A stretch of DNA of 64,000 bases from Longimicrobiales bacterium (lineage in GTDB: Bacteria; Gemmatimonadota; Gemmatimonadetes; Longimicrobiales; Gaopeijiaceae): NCBI GenBank assembly GCA_965203485.1, contig OZ241892.1:1216001-1280000 (forward strand). Direction: 5' to 3'. Both the position numbers and the translations under genes were made by a program. This document shows positions 59,832 to 64,000 of this stretch, piece by piece. The notes beneath the pieces are model-generated. The model saw only the letters and a program-made list of their open reading frames with translations, was not told the origin of the DNA and did not search any database. Each line of letters begins with the position of its first letter. Positions within the stretch are counted from its first letter, which is position 1.

Positions 59832-60757
59832 GGCAGTCGCTGCCGCTTCCAGAGATAGGCGCGCAACGCGTGCGAGAGCGGCGCGCTGGTGTCGAGAGCG
59901 GAGTACGCGATCCCGCGCCCCGCGAGTCCGCTGGTCCATTCGGCGATCGCCTGTTCCACCGCGTTGCGGTACCGGCGCCGCGCGTCGGCGGCCGAGACCT
60001 GAAGCGCGTCGCCGGTCTCCGGATCGACCAACGGCGCGCGGCCCGTGGCCGGGAGGGTGCGTTCGCCCGGATCGATCAGGTGGAAGACGAGCACTTCGTG
60101 GCCCGTGCGCTGGAGGTACAAGAGCGCCTTCGCCGTGCCGGCCGGATCTACGAGCAGATCGGAGACGAGGACGACGAGCCCCTTGCGCTTCAGCCGCAGC
60201 GCCACGTCGCGCAACGCCGTCTCCGCGTCCGTGCCGCCGCCGCTTTCCATCGCGTTCAGGTGCCGCAGCAGAAGACGCCAGTGCACCTTGCCGCCCCGGC
60301 AGCGGATCTGGCGCGTTATGCGGTCGGCGAACGCCATGAGCCCGACCGTGTCGCCCTGGCGAATCAGGATCAGCGACACCGCCGCCGCCAAGTGCTTGGC
60401 GTACCACAGCTTGGAGGGCAACGACCGCCGCGACGTCCAGTTCATCGACTCGCTCACGTCGAGCAGCAGGTGCGCGCGCAGGTTCGTCTCCTCTTCGTAC
60501 TGCTTGACGTAGAAGCGGTCCGACCGGGCGAACATCCGCCAGTCCAGCGTGCGCAGATCGTCGCCGGGCCGGTACGCGCGCAGTTCCGCGAACTCGGCCG
60601 AAAAGCCTCGGTTCGGCGACCGGTGGAGGCCCAGCAGGAAGCCCTGCACGACCTTGCGGGCCACGATGTCGATGCCCCCGAGTTGCTCCAGGGTTTCCGG
60701 GTCCAGGAGGTCCGCTCTCCGGTCCCGGTGCGGAAAGACCGTCTCGTTCGTTGCCAT
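59828..60757 (-). CDS. DUF58 family vWA-like protein
   Basis: G.HRS...G.S.EFAE.R.Y.PGDDLR..DW, YVKQYEEETN, DVSESM. Confidence 0.93.
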   Translation of the reverse strand: MATNETVFPHRDRRADLLDPETLEQLGGIDIVARKVVQGFLLGLHRSPNRGFSAEFAELRAYRPGDDLRTLDWRMFARSDRFYVKQYEEETNLRAHLLLDVSESMNWTSRRSLPSKLWYAKHLAAAVSLILIRQGDTVGLMAFADRITRQIRCRGGKVHWRLLLRHLNAMESGGGTDAETALRDVALRLKRKGLVVLVSDLLVDPAGTAKALLYLQRTGHEVLVFHLIDPGERTLPATGRAPLVDPETGDALQVSAADARRRYRNAVEQAIAEWTSGLAGRGIAYSALDTSAPLSHALRAYLWKRQRLP

Positions 60758-60941
60758 GGGACGTTCAATTTCGCCAAGGCGGGGAAGCGGCGACAACCGG
60801 CGGTCGGGCCGGCGCGCCAAGAGGAGGCCGCCCAGCGCTCGAGACGTCAGCCCAAGGTCTGGCGCACCGCGCCCAGGGGCTTAAGTTGAGAGCCGAGCAC
60901 GAAGCCGCGGGAGCCGCACCCGCCGGAGGGCGAGGTCCGCC

Positions 60942-63419
60942 ATGCGTAGAATCCTTGTCGCAGCAGCCGTCCTGGCGCCGCTCGGGGCGGGGTGGGGAAC
61001 GGGCTGGGCGTGGGGCGGCTCGGACGGTTCCCTCGTCGGCCGCCGGGACGCCTTCGCGGCGCCGGCGCTGGGCGAGACCCCGGCCGGCCCGGCCGTCGGC
61101 GCGGACAGCGTGGCCAACGAGGTCGTCCAACAGTACTGCGTCCGTTGCCACAACGAACGGCGGCTGCTCGGCAACCTCTCGCTCGAGAGTTTCGACGCGG
61201 CCGATCCGTCGGCGAACGCGCCCGTGGCGGAAAAGATGATCCGCAAGCTGCGAGCGGGCATGATGCCGCCGCCCGGGGCGCGCCGGCCTGCCCGCGAGGC
61301 GCTCGTCCAGCTGGCGTCGTCGATGGAGGAGCGCCTCGACGCGGCCGCCGCAGGTCGGCCCAACCCCGGCAAGCGCACCTTCCAGCGCCTCAACCGCGCC
61401 GAGTACGCGCGCGCCGTCCACGAACTCCTGGGCATCCGGATCGACGCGTCGGCGTTTCTGCCGGGCGAGACCTTGAGCGCGGGCTTCGACAACGTGGCCG
61501 ACGCGCAACAGCTGTCCGCCACCCTGCTGGGCGCCTACATGCGGGCGGCCAGCCACGTCAGCCGCGTCGCGCTGGGCGATCCCGCCGCGACGCCGTCCGA
61601 GGCCACCTACGAGGTCTCCCGCTACGCCGAGCAGCGCCGGCACGTGCCCGGCGCCCCGTTCGGAACCCGCGGCGGCATCTCGGTCGTCCACAACTTCCCG
61701 GCCGACGGCGACTACGTGTTCCGCCTCGCGTTCCAGCACGAATCGACCGGCAACTTCTTCGGCCAGACCGCGCCCTTCGACGAGCACGTCGAGGTGTCGG
61801 TGGACGGCCGGCGCGTGGCCCTGATCCCCCTGGACCGCTGGATGCACCGCCAGGACCCCGGCGGCATCGAGGTCGAGACCGGCCGCGTGCCCGTGACGGC
61901 CGGTCCGCGACGGGTGTCGGCGGCGTTCCTGGTGACGGCCGAAGGGCCGGTCGAGGACTTGACCTCGCCGCATGAATGGTCGCTGGCGGACAAGAAGATC
62001 GGCTACTCGTACGGGATCACGGGGCTGGCCCACCTGCGCGACATGGTGGTCGGCGGCCCGTACGACGCCACGGGCGCGTCTCCGTCCGATGCCTGGTCTC
62101 GCGTGATGATCTGCGAACCCGCGGCCGGCGAGGAGGATGCGTGCGCCAGGAAGATCGCGGCCGACTTGGCCGAGCGGGCGTTCCGCCGCCCCGTGTCCGA
62201 GCCGGAGGTGGACGACTTGATGGCGCTCTACGCGCAGGGAGCGGGGGAGGGGGGATTCGTCGTCGGCGTCCGCACGCTCCTGCAAGGCGTGCTGGCGAGC
62301 CCGGACTTCGTCTTCCGCTTCGAGCCGCCGCCGCCCGGCGTTCGTCCCGGCCAAGTCTACGAGATTGGCGGTCCTGCGTTGGCGTCTCGCCTCGCGTTCT
62401 TCGTCTGGGGCGGGCCGCCCGACGCCGATCTCGTCCGGGCCGGGGCAACGGGAGACTTGTCGAACCCGCGCGTCTTCGCTGCCCACCTGGACCGGTTGCT
62501 GGCCGATCCGCGCGCGGAGGCCCTCGGCTCACGGTTCGCGGCTCAGTGGCTGCGTTTGCAGGACCTGGACAAAGTCCATCCGGACGCGCTCCGCTTCCCC
62601 GACTTTCACGACCAGCTGGCGCGCGACATGCGGCTGGAGACCGAGACGTTCTTCAACCGGTTAGTGTCCTCCGGCGGCACGCTTTGGGACCTGCTGAACG
62701 CCGACTACTCCTACATGAACGAGCGCCTGGCCCGGCACTACGGCATTCCCGGCGTGGCCGGCGAACGCTTCCGCAAAGTGCGCTACGTTCGTCCGGAACG
62801 GCGCGGCGTCCTGGGCCACGGCAGCGTGCTGACGCTCACTTCGCACGCCAACCGCACGTCGCCGGTCCTGCGCGGCAAGTGGATCATGGAGGTCCTCCTG
62901 GGCTCGCCGCCGCCGCCGCCTCCTCCCGACGTCCCTGAACTCGACGCCATCGCGTCCGCCGAGGAAGGCCGCTTTCTCACCGTGCGCGAGCGCATGGAGC
63001 AGCACCGCTCCAACCCGGCCTGCAGCTCCTGCCACCGCGTGATAGACCCTGTGGGCTTGGCTCTCGAGAACTTCGACGTGACCGGCGCCTGGCGCATCCG
63101 CGACCTCGGCAGCCCCGTCGAGACGGCGGGCGAACTCTACGACGGCACTTCCATCGGCGGCCCCGGCGACCTGAGGACGGCGTTGCTGGCCCGGCCCGAG
63201 TCGCTGGCCCGCTCCTTCGCCGAGAACCTGCTGGCGTACGCGCTGGGCCGCAGGATCGAGCACGAGGACATGCCCGTCGTGCGCCGAATCACGAAGGCGG
63301 CCGCGACCGAAGGCTACCAGCTCTCCGTGTTCGTGCGCGAAGTGGCGCGAAGCGTGCCGTTCCGGATGGCGACGGCGACGGCCGCAGTGCAGGACGCCGA
63401 GGGCGAGAGCAGGGAGTAG
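60942..63419 (+). CDS. DUF1592-family multi-domain protein (DUF1587/1595/1592/1588/1585) with c-type heme motifs
   Basis: CVRCH, MMPP, RLNR.EY, GFDN, SP.F.FR, LASRL.F, QWL, TSPV.RGKW, CSSCH..IDP.G.ALENFD. Confidence 0.92.
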   Translation: MRRILVAAAVLAPLGAGWGTGWAWGGSDGSLVGRRDAFAAPALGETPAGPAVGADSVANEVVQQYCVRCHNERRLLGNLSLESFDAADPSANAPVAEKMIRKLRAGMMPPPGARRPAREALVQLASSMEERLDAAAAGRPNPGKRTFQRLNRAEYARAVHELLGIRIDASAFLPGETLSAGFDNVADAQQLSATLLGAYMRAASHVSRVALGDPAATPSEATYEVSRYAEQRRHVPGAPFGTRGGISVVHNFPADGDYVFRLAFQHESTGNFFGQTAPFDEHVEVSVDGRRVALIPLDRWMHRQDPGGIEVETGRVPVTAGPRRVSAAFLVTAEGPVEDLTSPHEWSLADKKIGYSYGITGLAHLRDMVVGGPYDATGASPSDAWSRVMICEPAAGEEDACARKIAADLAERAFRRPVSEPEVDDLMALYAQGAGEGGFVVGVRTLLQGVLASPDFVFRFEPPPPGVRPGQVYEIGGPALASRLAFFVWGGPPDADLVRAGATGDLSNPRVFAAHLDRLLADPRAEALGSRFAAQWLRLQDLDKVHPDALRFPDFHDQLARDMRLETETFFNRLVSSGGTLWDLLNADYSYMNERLARHYGIPGVAGERFRKVRYVRPERRGVLGHGSVLTLTSHANRTSPVLRGKWIMEVLLGSPPPPPPPDVPELDAIASAEEGRFLTVRERMEQHRSNPACSSCHRVIDPVGLALENFDVTGAWRIRDLGSPVETAGELYDGTSIGGPGDLRTALLARPESLARSFAENLLAYALGRRIEHEDMPVVRRITKAAATEGYQLSVFVREVARSVPFRMATATAAVQDAEGESRE

Positions 63420-63823
63420 TCCAACCCCGAGGCGACGCGGCCCTGCACGGTCCGACCCGGTGCGGTCTTTCGTCGTCGCCGCAAGGAGTCTCACCGAGGG
63501 CGTCCCCTCCGTGAGAACGCGCCGGCGCTCGAGCGGCCGGGCCGCGACGTGCTGATGGCCCGGGCTCTCGTGGCGTTGGCCAAGGAAGGACCCGTCCACA
63601 TCAACGTCACTTCGCTCGGAAGGTCGCCGGACGCCGGGGAGTCACGGTGGCGCCGCCGGGCGGGGCTCGGTACATTTGCTGCAACGCGATGGAGGCGAGG
63701 TCGCCAGCTCGGATCGGGCCGCTCGAATGGCGGACCGCCCGTGCGCGTCTTGCGCCCGGCCGGAGGAACCACCGGGGGCAGTCGGCGGCCGATCGCCTGC
63801 GCCGACACGGGAGACGACCGCCG

Positions 63824-64000
63824 ATGCACGTCATCACGGGAGCCAGCATTCCGCGCCGAACCTTCCTTCGGGGAGTCGGCGCCACGGTGTCGTTGCCGTT
63901 CCTCGACGCGATGGTGCCTGCAGGGTTGGGGAGGGGCAGGGGAGTTGCGTCGGCCGATCCCACCCGGCTGGTCGCCATCGAAATGGTCCACGGGGCGGCC
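63824..64000 (+). CDS. DUF1552 family protein (5' part, runs off window)
   Basis: MHVITGASIPRRTFLRGVGATVSLPFLDAMVPA...HGAA; Tat-like RRTFL; follows DUF1592 gene. Confidence 0.88.
   Translation, partial: MHVITGASIPRRTFLRGVGATVSLPFLDAMVPAGLGRGRGVASADPTRLVAIEMVHGAA

Overview
Very GC-rich bacterial chromosomal segment. The gene content and order (DUF58-BatA-mfd-PPIase-surA-pdxA, gltA, guaB, etfBA, moeA/moaC, holB, DUF1592/DUF1552, 6-bladed propeller) suggest Gemmatimonadota, possibly host- or sponge-associated; this is inference only. Most of the window is housekeeping, envelope and metabolic genes. Accessory parts are: (1) a ~1.5 kb islet between tRNA-Leu(CAA) and an internally deleted ISL3 remnant, encoding a small secreted Cys-rich peptide followed by a beta-propeller lipoprotein; (2) an 11.5 kb adhesin-like gene (21 ~125-aa repeats, 4 cadherin repeats, Ig-like domain, C-terminal beta-barrel) whose most plausible start codon is put out of frame by a C30 homopolymer, a candidate phase-variation switch; (3) two GT-C-type membrane glycosyltransferases, one with atypical composition. 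Other oddities are an in-frame Mfd-lipoprotein PPIase fusion, an NYN-LOTUS-LOTUS-HhH nuclease, repeat-derived inserts in housekeeping proteins, and a short repeat-spacer-like array. All calls come from reading motifs by eye; no searches were run.
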